A stretch of DNA of 64,000 nt from Eledone cirrhosa (lineage: Eukaryota). This document shows, piece by piece, positions 1-12,784 of this stretch. Each line of letters opens with the position of its first letter. Within the stretch, counting starts at the first letter, position 1. The notes under the pieces are model-generated. The model was not told the origin of the DNA and did no database searches. It saw nothing but the letters and a program-made list of their open reading frames with translations. The position numbers and the translations under genes are program-made. The stretch is from positions 1 to 64,000 of the forward strand of contig CAXHJY010001044.1 of the NCBI GenBank assembly GCA_964016885.1. Reading direction: 5' to 3'.

Positions 1-260
1 AACGCGTAGATTACTTCCCTTGCTTTTATCGAGAATCTAATTGTACATACGTGACGTATTCTATTCTATAGCGATTAGGTCTTCAAAATGTTTATTATAA
101 ACATACAGAATATTTTCGAATATTCTATGTCTATATTCACATTATATATCGCTATTTCAGAGCATTTATTCCAATTTCTAATTTCTGCCGACCGGCAACC
201 GCTCTTTCAAACCAGTTTCCTGTACACAGCTAAGTTATTCTATAAGTCTCTAGCTGTGTC

Positions 261-349
261 ATTCTCGATAAAAGCACTGGATATGTAGTCCTGATGATTT
301 CTAACAAGAATGAAACGCGTAGATTACTTCCCTTGCTTTTATCGAGAAT
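261..349 (+). ncRNA. Minimal type I hammerhead ribozyme (first complete array copy) with extended helix I
   Basis: Helix I GTAGTC(285-290)/GATTAC(322-327). Core CTGATGA at 291-297. Helix II TTCT-AACA-AGAA. GAAA at 312-315. Palindromic helix III ACGCGT. Cleavage triplet GUA, cut after 321. Distal 16-bp perfect stem ATTCTCGATAAAAGCA(261-276)/TGCTTTTATCGAGAAT(334-349). Confidence 0.88.
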
Positions 350-595
350 CTAATTGTAATACGTGACGTATTCTATTCTATAGCGATTAGGTCTTCAAAA
401 TGTTTATTATAAACATACAGAATATTTTCGAATATTCTTATGTCTATATTCACATATATATCGCTATTTCAGAGCATTTATTCCAATTTCTAATTTCTGC
501 CGGACCGGCAAACGCTCTTTCAAACCAGTTCCTGTACACAGCTAAGTATTCTATAAGTCTCTAGCTGTGTCATTCTCGATAAAAGCACTGGATAT

Positions 596-637
596 GTAGT
601 CCTGATGATTTCTAACAAGATGAAACGCGTAGATTAC
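596..637 (+). ncRNA. Hammerhead ribozyme, array copy (1-nt deletion in helix II)
   Basis: GTAGTC-CTGATGA-TTTCTAACAAGAT-GAAACGCGTA-GATTAC. Confidence 0.75.
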
Positions 638-1435
638 TTCCCTTGCTTTTATCGAGAATCTAATTGTAATACGTGACGTATTCTATTCTATAGCGATTAG
701 GTCTTCAAAATGTTTATTATAAACATACAGAATATTTTCGATATTCTATGTCTATATTCACATATATATCGCTATTTCAGAGCATTTATTCCAATTTCTA
801 ATTTCTGCCGGACCGGCAACCGCTCTTTCAAACCAGTTCCTGTACACAGCTAAGTATTCTATAAGTCTCTAGCTGTGTCATTCTCGATAAAAGCCACTGG
901 ATATGTAGTCCTGTGATTTCTAACAAGAATGAAACGCGTAGATTACTTCCCTTGCTTTTATCGAGAATCTAATTGTAATACGTGACGTATTCTATTCTAT
1001 AGCGATTAGGTCTTCAAAATGTTTATTATAAACATACAGAATATTTTCGAATATTCTATGTCTATATTCACATATATATCGCTATTTCAGAGCATTTATT
1101 CCCAATTTCTAATGGCTTTCTCGACCGCAAAGTCTAAGTTCTTAGAACAGACCTGGATCTGATTCTAAGAACGCGATTACTCCCTTTTATCGAGAATCTA
1201 ATTGTAATACGTGACGTTTCTATCTATAGCGATTAGGTCTTTAGTAAAAACATACAGAATATTTTCGAATATTCTATGTCCTATATTCACATATATATCG
1301 CTATTTTTCAGAGCATTTATTCCAATTTCTAATTTCATGCGGACCGGCAACCGCTCTTTCACAACCAGTTCCTGTACACAGCTAAGTATTCTATAAGTCT
1401 CTAGCTGTGTCATTCTCGATAAAAGCACTGGATAT

Positions 1436-1478
1436 GTAGTCCTGATGATTTCTAACAAGAATGAAACGCGTAGATTAC
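1436..1478 (+). ncRNA. Hammerhead ribozyme, intact array copy
   Basis: GTAGTC-CTGATGA-TTTCTAACAAGAAT-GAAACGCGTA-GATTAC. Confidence 0.85.
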
Positions 1479-1745
1479 TTCCCTTGCTTTTATCGAGAAT
1501 CTAATTGTAATACGTGACGTATTCTATTCTATAGCGATTAGGTCTTCAAAATGTTTATTATAAACATACAGAATATTTTCGAATATTCTATGTCTATATT
1601 CACATATATATCGCTATTTCAGAGCATTTATTCCAATTTCTAATTTCTGCCGGACCGGCAACCGCTCTTTCAAACCAGTTCCTGTACACAGCTAAGTATT
1701 CTATAAGTCTCTAGCTGTGTCATTCTCGATAAAAGCACTGGATAT

Positions 1746-1789
1746 GTAGTCCCTGATGATTTCTAACAAGAATGAAACGCGTAGATTAC
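1746..1789 (+). ncRNA. Hammerhead ribozyme, array copy (extra C before the core)
   Basis: GTAGTCC-CTGATGA-TTTCTAACAAGAAT-GAAACGCGTA-GATTAC. Confidence 0.75.
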
Positions 1790-2056
1790 TTCCCTTGCTT
1801 TTATCGAGAATCTAATTGTAATACGTGACGTATTCTATTCTATAGCGATTAGGTCTTCAAAATGTTTATTATAAACATACAGAATATTTTCGAATATTCT
1901 ATGTCTATATTCACATATATATCGCTATTTCAGAGCATTTATTCCAATTTCTAATTTCTGCCGGACCGGCAACCGCTCTTTCAAACCAGTTCCTGTACAC
2001 AGCTAAGTATTCTATAAGTCTCTAGCTGTGTCATTCTCGATAAAAGCACTGGATAT

Positions 2057-2099
2057 GTAGTCCTGATGATTTCTAACAAGAATGAAACGCGTAGATTAC
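2057..2099 (+). ncRNA. Hammerhead ribozyme, intact array copy
   Basis: Identical to the 285-327 copy. Confidence 0.85.
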
Positions 2100-2459
2100 T
2101 TCCCTTGCTTTTATCGAGAATCTAATTGTAATACGTGACGTATTCTATTCTACAGCGATTAGGTCTTCAAAATGTTTATTATAAACATACAGAATATTTT
2201 CGAATATTCTATGTCTATATTCACATATATATCGCTATTTCAGAGCATTTATTTCCAATTTCTTATATATATATATATATATATTGTGTTTGTGGGTGGG
2301 TGTTTGTTATGTATATGCTACAAATATATACACATATACCTCAATATATAGAGTTTTCTGTGTGTATGTTCTATCAGGGTGAGGCGTGTGTATAAATATA
2401 TCTATATATATAAATATGTATATCTGTCAGGGCGTGGTGTGTCTATATACATATCTTAC

Positions 2460-2513
<54 letters not shown>

Positions 2514-2614
2514 TATCTATAGTGATATAGGTATAATGTCTGGATGTGTCGCGTATATACATAGATCTCACTATATATATATATAAAGTATATATATATA
2601 TATATATATACACA

Positions 2615-2651
<37 letters not shown>

Positions 2652-2862
2652 CTGGATATGTCGTGTCTATACATGTAGTTTCAAGTGTTTTTCTACATGT
2701 TCTTATGATAATTGTAATTTCATTAAAATCTCAATATCGATGTTAAAAACTATAGTGCAATACTTACATTTCAAAATGTCTCTTCTTTTATCTTATCTGA
2801 CTTATTGAATGTGTCCACATCCTCTCTTAGATATATAGACGCATAATACCTCTCTCTCTCTC

Positions 2863-2918
<56 letters not shown>

Positions 2919-2920
2919 TC

Positions 2921-3004
<84 letters not shown>

Positions 3005-4021
3005 CACACACAGATATATGGTCACATGCATATCTCCACACACACACAGATATCTATAGCTATCTATCTATATATATATGTGTTTCGGTATTTACACATA
3101 AAGAGAAGGGATGTTGCTATAAGATCCCATAGAAGAAACAACTGTCTCTCTCTCTCTCTCTCCCACTCTATCTAACTATCTATCTATCTATCTATCTATC
3201 TATGTATAATATCTACCTATCTATTTATCTATCTGTATTTAACAATATATCTATATTCGAACAATAACTCATACAAGGCTGTCATCCGTTTTCTTCTCTT
3301 TTCACTCTTTATCTGTCTATTTATTTATTTCTTCATTCTATCTTCTGATGAATGTCTCTCTCCGAAACACACAACAAAAAATTATAATTCACCATTTGGC
3401 GTCAACTGTCATATTTCTCCTGCCAATCGTCTACAGAAACTAAATATAAGGTCACCAATAAACTAATTTTTTATGAATGTATTTTGTTGACAATGTATTT
3501 TATTAATGTAGTTTGGTGGCAAAACATCTTCGTTTCAAACATGCAGTATATTTGATGTACCAGACAGAGAAATTTGCTGAAATTTTGAGTTTAAAGATAT
3601 TTTCTCGAGCTTTTTAAAATCTATATTTTGTATTCATTTGTCAATGTGTTTTCAATCCTAGAAATATATTGTTGTATGTGTATTGGTGTTTCATTTTCAG
3701 AAACAGATTGCAATGTTTTTAAAAGTTATCGTTTGATTTTCTAAAAAGAAAATATTATTATACACATGTTTCTGAGATAAGATTATATTTGTTTTCAAAC
3801 ACGAATTCTCTTCGATCATGTCTAACAAAAATAGAAATATAAGTATATTTCATTTCAGGAAATCTTGACACTCACAGAACCAAAATGAAAATATCTACGT
3901 AAATAGAACATTTCTTTTACTATGTTCTTCGAGAACCATTCGTTAATCAATCAACTCTTTCGACATTTCAATATAGGTCTAAATTATTTAATCTTGTTTT
4001 TACAGAAATAAATGGTTTTTA

Positions 4022-4066
<45 letters not shown>

Positions 4067-4081
4067 TATATATATATATAT

Positions 4082-4201
4082 ATATTTACATGACTCTAAA
4101 AGTTATACCTAAGTCAATATATATATATATGCATATGCGATCGTTAGATATAACATTGAGTTAGGTATAACTCTTAGATGGTAGTTCGAGTCATGTAAAT
4201 A
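4082..4201. repeat. Small fold-back inverted repeat
   Basis: ATATTTACATGACTC..AGTTATACCTAAGTCAAT mirrors ATTGAGTTAGGTATAACT..GAGTCATGTAAATAT. Confidence 0.65.
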
Positions 4202-5066
4202 TACCAATAATGACATTAAGAACTGTGTGGAATGCTGTTGTAGTTATTGCATTTATTGATTTCCTTTATGATTGGATTTGTGGAGAGTTTGCTCTTGCAG
4301 AAGAACATCGTGTATGCGTGTGTATATATATATATATATATATGCATGTGGGTGTGTGCATATATACGTGCGTTTGTCTGTGTATATATATATTGTGCGT
4401 GTGTGCATATGTTCATATCATTCGGTGATGTTTATCTGCGAGAATCTAAAAATTGGTGTAAAACAATAAACCCCTGCCTTCAACCCACCTCTTTCCTCAC
4501 CTGATATTCTCAGGTCTTAGGTATCAATATAAACTAATTTTAGTGATTCTATATGAAGACAGAAGAAATATGGTAGATAAGGACCTAATTAAATGTATGC
4601 AACATTTTCCTTAGTCTTCAACTTCCCTCATATAAAATGTCTGTTCCTTTCCTTCGTTTCTACTTGAACAACTTCGATGTTAATCCTTGTTTTTGTTTCA
4701 GAAATCAAACGTAACTCTGGCAAACAAACATCCGAACTGAACCTCACTCCATCCCTATCTCCTCCTCCGCCACGTCTGCACTCCTTTATCCTCCTCCCCC
4801 TCCACTTCCCCATCAATATCCCCTCTTCTGCTCCACACGATGTCCTCCTCCTCTCCTCTAGTTCTCCATACCTGTCTCTTTTTTCTCCACTCATTTTTAC
4901 TCCCCTTCTCTCTCTTCATGTCTGTCTTTCCCTCTTACTCCCCCTTTACATTCTCACCGAATCTCTCCCCGCCCCTCTTATCTTTAAAGTGATTAACTCT
5001 ACCTTCCCACAAGTTTTATTAATGTTAATAAGGGAAACAAATATTCCTCCAAATGGAATATCTATA

Positions 5067-5149
5067 TTAAGATAAGACGTGTGTTAAGATAAGACGTGTG
5101 TTAAGATAAGACGTGTGTTAAGATAAGACGTGTGTTAAGATAAGATGTG
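5067..5149. repeat. 17-bp tandem repeat (TTAAGATAAGACGTGTG), about 5 copies
   Basis: Directly visible. Confidence 0.9.
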
Positions 5150-5262
5150 GAAACAAAGAAAATCTGTGTAGAAAATAATTACAGAAAAAAGGCAAATATT
5201 TTACTAAATATTAGTAATAATAATAACAATAACGATAGTAATAATAATAATAATAATAATAA

Positions 5263-5685
5263 GGGTATACCTGCTAATTGATATGTCCGTTCCAATAGAC
5301 AAGAATGTATCTATAAAAACATTTGAAAAATTGAGCAAGTATAAGGACCTGGAGATAGAAATTAGAAAAATGTGGAAATTGAGAACTAAAACAATACCAG
5401 TGGTTGTAGGTGCTCTAGGAATGATACCTAAGGGGTCTAATGATTACTTATCGCAAATCCCAGGAAACCCGCGTATAGGAGAAATGCAAAAGATAGTACT
5501 AATGGGAACTGCCCATATACTAAGGTAGATTCTGTCAATATAAGTACATCACAAGTTTAAACACCTAAAGATGCATGTGTGTGTATGTATGTTATTTCTT
5601 GAACATGGCGGACCTTGTTGTCTCTTGAGGTCACTGGTTATGACTTGGTGATAACTCGTATGAACATAAAGCAAGATAAATGCAA
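5263..5685 (+). mobile_element. 5'-truncated non-LTR retrotransposon, restriction-like endonuclease C-terminus plus 3' UTR (Dong/R4-like)
   Basis: Translation LLIDMSVPIDKNVSIKTFEKLSKYKDLEIEIRKMWKLRTKTIPVVVGALGMIPKG...QKIVLMGTAHILR matches the RLE motifs (D...EKxxKY, IPVVxGALG). (TAA)n flanks both sides, as for Dong elements. Confidence 0.88.
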
Positions 5686-5761
5686 ATAATAATAATAATA
5701 ATAATAGTAATAATAATAATAATGATAATGATGATTTCTTTATTGGCCACAAGATAATAAT

Positions 5762-5822
5762 TGTTTCTACTTTAGGCACAAGGCCAGCAATTACCCAGTG
5801 CATTACTGGTACTTTATTTTAT
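5762..5822 (-). mobile_element. 3' fragment of tRNA-derived SINE (same family as 5835-6018)
   Basis: Duplicate of the SINE tail, flanked by CAAGATAATAAT at 5750-5761 and 5823-5834. Confidence 0.75.
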
Positions 5823-5834
5823 CAAGATAATAAT

Positions 5835-6018
5835 TGTTTCTACTTTAGGCAAAAGGCCAGCAATTACCCAGTGTATTACTGGTACTTTATTTTATCGATC
5901 CCGTAAGGATGAAAGGCAAAGTCAACCTCGGCCGGATTTGAACTCAGATCGTAAAGGGACGTAACTATGCTGGAAGGCATGGCGTCCGACCCTCTACCCA
6001 TACTGCCAATCCACCGCC
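5835..6018 (-). mobile_element. Full-length tRNA-derived SINE with a Meta-like central domain
   Basis: The minus strand has A-box TGGCAGTATGGGTAG, B-box GAGTTCAAATCC and core GCCTTTCATCCTTACGG..TCGATAAAATAAAGTACCAG. An 18-bp TSD TTTTATCAAGATAATAAT lies at 5817-5834 and 6019-6036. Confidence 0.88.
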
Positions 6019-6584
6019 TTTTATCAAGATAATAATAACAGACATTATATGAAGTAGAGAATAATTTAAAAAAAAGACCAACGTAACGTCAGAGAAGAAG
6101 AGTAGTGAGAAATAGAATTAATCAATGACGTGATAGAAAACAATCTTATGAAAAATAGAAGGTTTGAGTGAGAGATAGACATATAGATATATCTGGAGAG
6201 ATAGGGAGATGGGGAGACAGATAGATAGATGAGGAGACAGAGAGGTGGAGAGATAGACATAGAGATAGATAGATAGACAGATAGATAGATGAGGAGACAG
6301 ATAGGTGGAGAGATAGATAGGTGGAGAGATAGATAGATAGATACATATATAGTTAGATGGATAGATAGATAGAGATGAATAGAAACATATATAGTTAGAT
6401 AGATATCTAGAGAGAGGGAAAGAGTGAGAGAGTGAGAGATCTGGGATGAGATGTTGAAAGAATTATTTTAATTTAAATCTTTTTGTTCAATGATTGTAAT
6501 TTTTCTTTTTATAAAATACTTTTCAACATAAATATTTAATGTATTTCGTTCGCTCGATCCTTCCACGCATTACTTCACATCACG

Positions 6585-6617
<33 letters not shown>

Positions 6618-7188
6618 CTGTTTGTGCATGTGTGTGTTTGTATATGTACACATGTAAACACATATATATACTTTTGTATTACCATGTGTGGGTTTGTGTG
6701 TGTGTGTATATATATGTATATATATATATATATATATATACACATAAAAAAATATTATATATATATATATGCACACACAAATATATATATATATATATAT
6801 TTGTCTGTGTCTGTGTGTGTGTCACTCTGTATGTGTGTGATCCTACTTTTTCGTTCGTTTATTTATTTTCAACAACATATCTTCGAATTTCATGTCTGAC
6901 ACCAATGTCTCGTTCCTTTCCTGCCAGCAAACAATTTTATGGCGTTATGGCTCTCTTTAATTCGAATTATTGTCTCAAACAAATTTCTTTGTTCTGTCAT
7001 AGCTTTTACCATAGCACCGTTTTGGCTGTCATGTCTTTGACAACAAGATTACCGTCTCCTTCATGATACTACCTGCTTCCTTAAGTTCGCTTAATTACCG
7101 AAATCTCATTAACTTTGTATACATATTTACTCGTCCACCATTTCCTTTTAACTCTTCCAATTCCTGACTCCGTAACAAAAAAAAAACA

Positions 7189-8050
7189 TGTGATGGTGGT
7201 GGTGATGGTGGTGGTGGTGGTGATGATGGTGGCGATAGTGGAGATGATGGTGATGGTGATGGGGTGGTGATGTGATGATGTTGGTGATGGTGGTGTCGAT
7301 GGTGTCGATGGTGTTGATGGTGGTGATGGTGTTGATGGTGATGATGGTGGTGATGGGGTGGTGATGATAGTGATGATGGTGGTGATGATGGTGGTGATGG
7401 TGGTGATGGTGGTGATGGTGGTGGTTATGGGGTGGCGATGGTGGTGGTGCTGGGGTGGTGATGATTGTGATGTGGCGATGGTGGTGATGGTGGCGATGGT
7501 GGTGATGGTGTTGATGGTAGTGATGGTGGTGGTGATGGGGTGATGGTGTTGATGGTAGTGATGGTGGTGATGGTGGTGATGATGTTGGTGATGGTGGTGA
7601 TGGTGGTCATGGTGATGGTTGTGTTGATGATGGTGATGAGAATGGTGATGGTGATGATGATCGTTATCACCATCATCACCGTCTTCCTCATTACCCACCA
7701 CCACCACCACCACCGCCACCACCATTTCTTTCTTTCACATCTTTATTATCACCACCATCATCCCCTTTTTCTTCGCCATCATATTCGTGATTGTGATTAT
7801 TATTTCATCATCATCGTCAGAGCGTTCTCCCTGCTCCTACAAAATATTACCACCACCACCACCACCACAACAACAAAAAGCATCGTCATCATCATCGTTA
7901 TCATCACGATCATTATATCACGATCATTATATCACTGCCATACATTTTAACCTCCTCGTCAATGTCATCATCACCATCATCACCATTATCATCATCATCA
8001 TTATCATCATCATCATCATATCATTGCCATCCACAAGAAATAGCATCACT
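7189..8050. repeat. Degenerate (GGT/GAT)n followed by (CAT/CAC)n trinucleotide low-complexity tracts
   Basis: Directly visible; source of the His/Thr/Val-rich ORFs. Confidence 0.85.
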
Positions 8051-8119
8051 CCACCAACATTATCATTCTACACTTACTCATAATATCCTCGTCACCTCAT
8101 CATTATCATTATCAATGCT

Positions 8120-8765
8120 GTCATCGCCAGCATCACCCAAGCTCAACGCTAGTATCGCATATACCATCACTACCATCGCCAGCATCACCCAAGCTCAACG
8201 CTAGTATCGCATATACCATCACTACCATCGCCAGCCTCACCAATCTCATCGCCAGCATTACATGTATCATTACTCCCATCACCAGCTTCACCTCATCGCC
8301 AGCATCACATATACCATCACTACCATCGCCAGCCTCACCAATCTCATCGCCAGCATTACATGTATCATTACTCCCATCACCAGCTTCACCTCATCGCCAG
8401 CATCACATATACCATCACTACCATCGCCAGCCTCACCAATCTCATCGCCAGCATTACATGTATCATTACTCCCATCACCAGCTTCACCTCATCGCCAGCA
8501 TCACATATACCATCACTACCATCGCCAGCCTCACCAATTTCATCGCCAGCATTACATGTATCATCACTCCCATCACCAGCTTCACCTCATCGCCAGCATC
8601 ACATATACCATCACTACCATCGCCAGCCTCACCAATCTCATCGCCAGCATTACATGTATCATTACTCCCATCACCAGCTTCACCTCATCGCCAACATCAC
8701 ATATACCATCACTACCATCACCAGCCTCACCAATCTCATCGCCAGCATCACATATACCATCACCC
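8120..8765. repeat. 98-bp minisatellite built from CATCGCCAGC subrepeats, about 6 copies
   Basis: ATGTATCATTACTCCCATCACCAGC recurs at 8262, 8360, 8458 and onward. Confidence 0.9.
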
Positions 8766-9378
8766 CACCATCACCACCATCTCAACTCTCATCACCTCCA
8801 TCACTACTTTTATCCATTCCCCCATCATCATCTTCCTCGCTATTTTCCTCAACATCACCATAACTATAATCTTTAACTAGTATCGTTCTTCACCACTGCT
8901 ACTAATCCTACCAATGCTACTATTACTACCACTGCTGCTACTACCGATGATACTATTACTACCACTGCTGGTTTTTACTGCTACTGCTGCTATTACTGTT
9001 ACTGCTACTAAACTTACTATTGCTACTATTACAGCTCTACTGCTACTACTACTACTACTGCTACTATTACTAGGATTACTGATGCAAAGAAGCTCGTGAA
9101 AAATGTGTACGAAATGTCAGATTTTTCTTCGTAAAGTCTTGTCTTACATTAATAAAAAGGGACAAGAAAAGGGGAGACAATTAAGGCATTAAGTACAAAA
9201 TTGTTGAAAATTCTCGTCACATTTGAAGATTAAGGAAATATTTTAAAAATGGTGACCGGAGTAGGACACTAACTGTACAATTATTAATTCCCATATGGCT
9301 GGAGACATTAACTGCAGCTAGTTGAGTTTAATATCATAAGAGAAGGCAAAATAAATGTAATCAATTTCTAACCGTAGT

Positions 9379-9441
<63 letters not shown>

Positions 9442-9538
9442 CAGGTGTCCTCCAAAAATGTATTCACACTTTGATTACCCCTATAGGCACTATTTATTAG
9501 AATGCACAGCCTTTTGTATACATCTTTTGGGACACCCT
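9442..9538. mobile_element. Tc1/mariner-type MITE remnant (~100 bp)
   Basis: Imperfect TIRs CAGGTGTCCTCCAAAAATGTAT / ATACATCTTTTGGGACACCCT resemble CAGGGTGTCCC termini. Confidence 0.6.
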
Positions 9539-9578
9539 TCACATATATGTGTGTATAAAAAATATCTATATATCCATA

Positions 9579-9622
<44 letters not shown>

Positions 9623-9670
9623 TCTATCTCTCTCTCTCTCTCGCTCTCTTTCTCTCTCTCTCTCTCTCTC

Positions 9671-9714
<44 letters not shown>

Positions 9715-10221
9715 CGAGTCACACACACATGTCTCCTGGTGCTGGTCAAATTGATTACCAATGACCGCGGTTCAAACATTGTCGAGATGATCATAAAGGA
9801 TGATAGAGAAAATAGTCTGCAAACGATGTTACCTAACCAATTCCCAATAGTTGAATTCTTTAATCAAAATAATACATTACAGAAGTGTGTCTGTAAGCCA
9901 CCAGGGGCATGACCTGGGAGCCTGCCATAGTAATTCTTTCTATTTAGAGAAAATTAGATAATACATTCTTTTACTGGCTTTCACTCATTAGATTACGACC
10001 ATGCTGGAGTACGGCCTTTAAATCCCATTAGTTACTCCACAAATTGAAATAACCTGAGTTAAAAGTTGATGGAATGTTGGTTGTATCGGTTGAGTGTCGG
10101 GGAATATCCTTAGCGGCATATAGTTTCGGCTCTTTACATCCTAAGTTCAATCAACCAAGAAGGTTATCTTACATTTCACAATTATGAGGGTCGATAAATT
10201 ACCAGTAACCCACTGCGGTTG

Positions 10222-10276
<55 letters not shown>

Positions 10277-10954
10277 TGTGTATATATATTGTTGTACATG
10301 TAAGTATGTATGCACATATATATATATATGTGTGTGTATGTATGTATATATGCATGGATATGTGTATGCAGAGGATTAATGGGTAAAATTATAAGGATTC
10401 AACGCTATTATTAAGGATTGAAATTCTCGCAATAACGCCATACAAAATGCAACAACGCGAAAAGATATAACGGCCATCTAAGTCTGTTGTTTCTTTCTTG
10501 AAACTATTTGTTTCGCTTTGTTTATTTTTCTGTTTCATTTACTTTCATATCTTTCTGTCAAAGAACTCTTTTCTGGCAGATCTATAATTTCTTGTATGCC
10601 AAGGAAGACATTAAAGGAATTCAAGTATGTTTATGTAAGTCGTTGATAATTCCAGGTTTTTTTTGTTTTTTGCTATAATTTTATGTTTAGATCAAAAGTG
10701 TTAAACATACGCTAAACCCAAGCTAACATTTTTGTTTCTCTTTTCAAAAAGGAATTTCGTTATATATTATTTATATTTATTTTTAAAAAGTAATGTTCTC
10801 ATATTTCTGTAATATAAATTTCTTGCTTGTCTATATGAAAGGAAAGTAGTAATATACATACATATATACATATATACATATACACATATATACATACATA
10901 CATTTCGTTTCAATAATGTACTTTAGTTCTAGAGAGATATGTTATCTTTTCTAT

Positions 10955-10986
<32 letters not shown>

Positions 10987-11164
10987 TGATAGATATATAA
11001 AGAGAGAGAGAGAGGGGGAGAGAGACAGTCAGACACATGTTTTCATATGTATACAAAGATAATTATGTGTGTGTATACATACATACATACATATATATAT
11101 GTATACATACATATATATATATACATACATACATATATATGTATACAAACACACACACACACAC

Positions 11165-11234
<70 letters not shown>

Positions 11235-12151
11235 TATATTATTACGTGTTTTTGTATTTTTGTCTTTCTTATCTTGGTATTCTTAAAACCACTGAACTGG
11301 TATTCAATTAAGACCAGAGAGCGATTTTCACAAGTTTTTCAAATCGCAATATATTTTTATCTTTCCTTTAGGTTAATATTCCGACCTTAAAGATAATATT
11401 TAAATGGATTCTTATCCTTTTGCTTTGTACTTAATTGCTATATTTTCAAAAATTCTTCAAAGAGAACATATTTACACATTTAGGATTCATCTAATAATTA
11501 TATACACCAGTATCTCTGCAGCATTGATTCAGCTGTTTCTAAAAATAATTGAATATCGAAAATGTATTTCCCAATTTCATAACGTTGATTATGGCTAAAC
11601 TTATGTCTATGTTGTAAAATAGACAACTGGTGACTCACAGCTTTGAAATATTTGTCTATATAACAAACAACAAAACAAGGAATATGACATAGATTCTATT
11701 CTATAAAGAGAAGGAACTTCTGTTTACTATGTAATAGCGTCTACAATTTTATATTGATTATAAAGCTAAGCACAAAAGGAAATGGTGAAAATAGAAATAA
11801 TGATCTATATTTTTGTATCTACAGTTAACCTCTTCCGATGGTGACTCGTTTGAAGCCCGACATAATTCTGTATTCATTGAAAGTTGGAATGTGATAGTTA
11901 TGGTTCTAGGATGATTGTGTTTAGTATTATCAAAGATAATAATAGATTCAGTTATTGATATGTTGAAATTCAGTAGGTTAACAATAACAACAGAAGAAAG
12001 ATAATGTGCGTAGTTACATCTCCAGGGAATCAAACAACATTCCTCTCTTATTCAGGGGGAAAACTTGTAAATACTACGTCAACGGTCACCCGTAGATCTT
12101 GCAGGCGTCTCATTTCATATTTTGTTTTTGCGCGTCTTCAGGGCTACTGTA

Positions 12152-12320
12152 CCCGATTTATTGAACACCATCCATACGAGGGCCGGGTGGAAAATTCCTA
12201 GCTTGACCAATCCCGATTTATTGAACAACATCCATACGAGGGCCGGGTGGAAAATTCCTAGTTTGACCAATATACTCTGAAGGAATGACCAAACGAAGTT
12301 TATTTTTCTACATAGTCCTT
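12152..12320 (+). mobile_element. Mariner-like terminus (TACGAGGG...) within a 60-bp tandem duplication
   Basis: CCCGATTTATTGAACA.CATCCATACGAGGGCCGGGTGGAAAATTCCTAG.TTGACCAAT occurs twice. TACGAGGG is a typical mariner TA+TIR start. Confidence 0.55.
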
Positions 12321-12784
12321 AGAAAGAAACAATGCAGTTATTAATAAGAAGAGCTGAAACTAACGCAGGTAAGATTTCATAGCTCTAACATCTCTTTTCC
12401 ATAGTCAATCTATATTGTCAGCCGATCCTCATAAATTATCCACTATCATCGTGGCGACCTTTCAAATTCCAAATGTTACAATGCTCCGTAAGTGAAGCAC
12501 ACTTTAGCTGTATTTCTATCTACACGATTATAAACCTTCTAAAAAAACTATAGCGTTCAGAGGCTCGTTGGTGTAATGACTAAACTCAGCCTGCCAGCAT
12601 TCTCAGCTGTTATTTATAGTTAAAGAATCGATCGACACTATCACAGACGTCCTTCATTTACCGAGTGAGGTGCAGATTGACAAATCGGACCAGGGAAACA
12701 ATGTTTCCATCGATATTTCCATTTCTGATAATATCTACGGTTCGCAACTACATATTTATATTTAACAACTATTATTATAGTTTT

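Larger units (their letters stand above)
1..2263 (+). mobile_element. Tandem array of ~310-bp hammerhead-containing monomers (non-LTR retrozyme-like); about 7.5 units, cut off by the left window edge
   Basis: GAAACGCGTAGATTAC recurs with the predicted cleavage A at 8, 321, 631, 940, 1472, 1783 and 2093 (period 309-313 bp). One collapsed unit lies at ~1110-1200. The array ends in (AT)n at ~2263. Confidence 0.9.

Noticed and set aside
1-2263. Interpretation as 5S rDNA, tRNA or snRNA tandem genes, or as plain satellite
   Set aside because: No 5S, tRNA or snRNA sequence or Pol III boxes are visible. The hammerhead core and stems explain the unit better.
3345-3368. CTGATGA...GAAAC motif
   Set aside because: No helix II pairing or cleavage triplet; at best a decayed remnant.
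5940-6018. tRNA gene (A and B boxes)
   Set aside because: No cloverleaf; it is a SINE head with body, tail and TSD.
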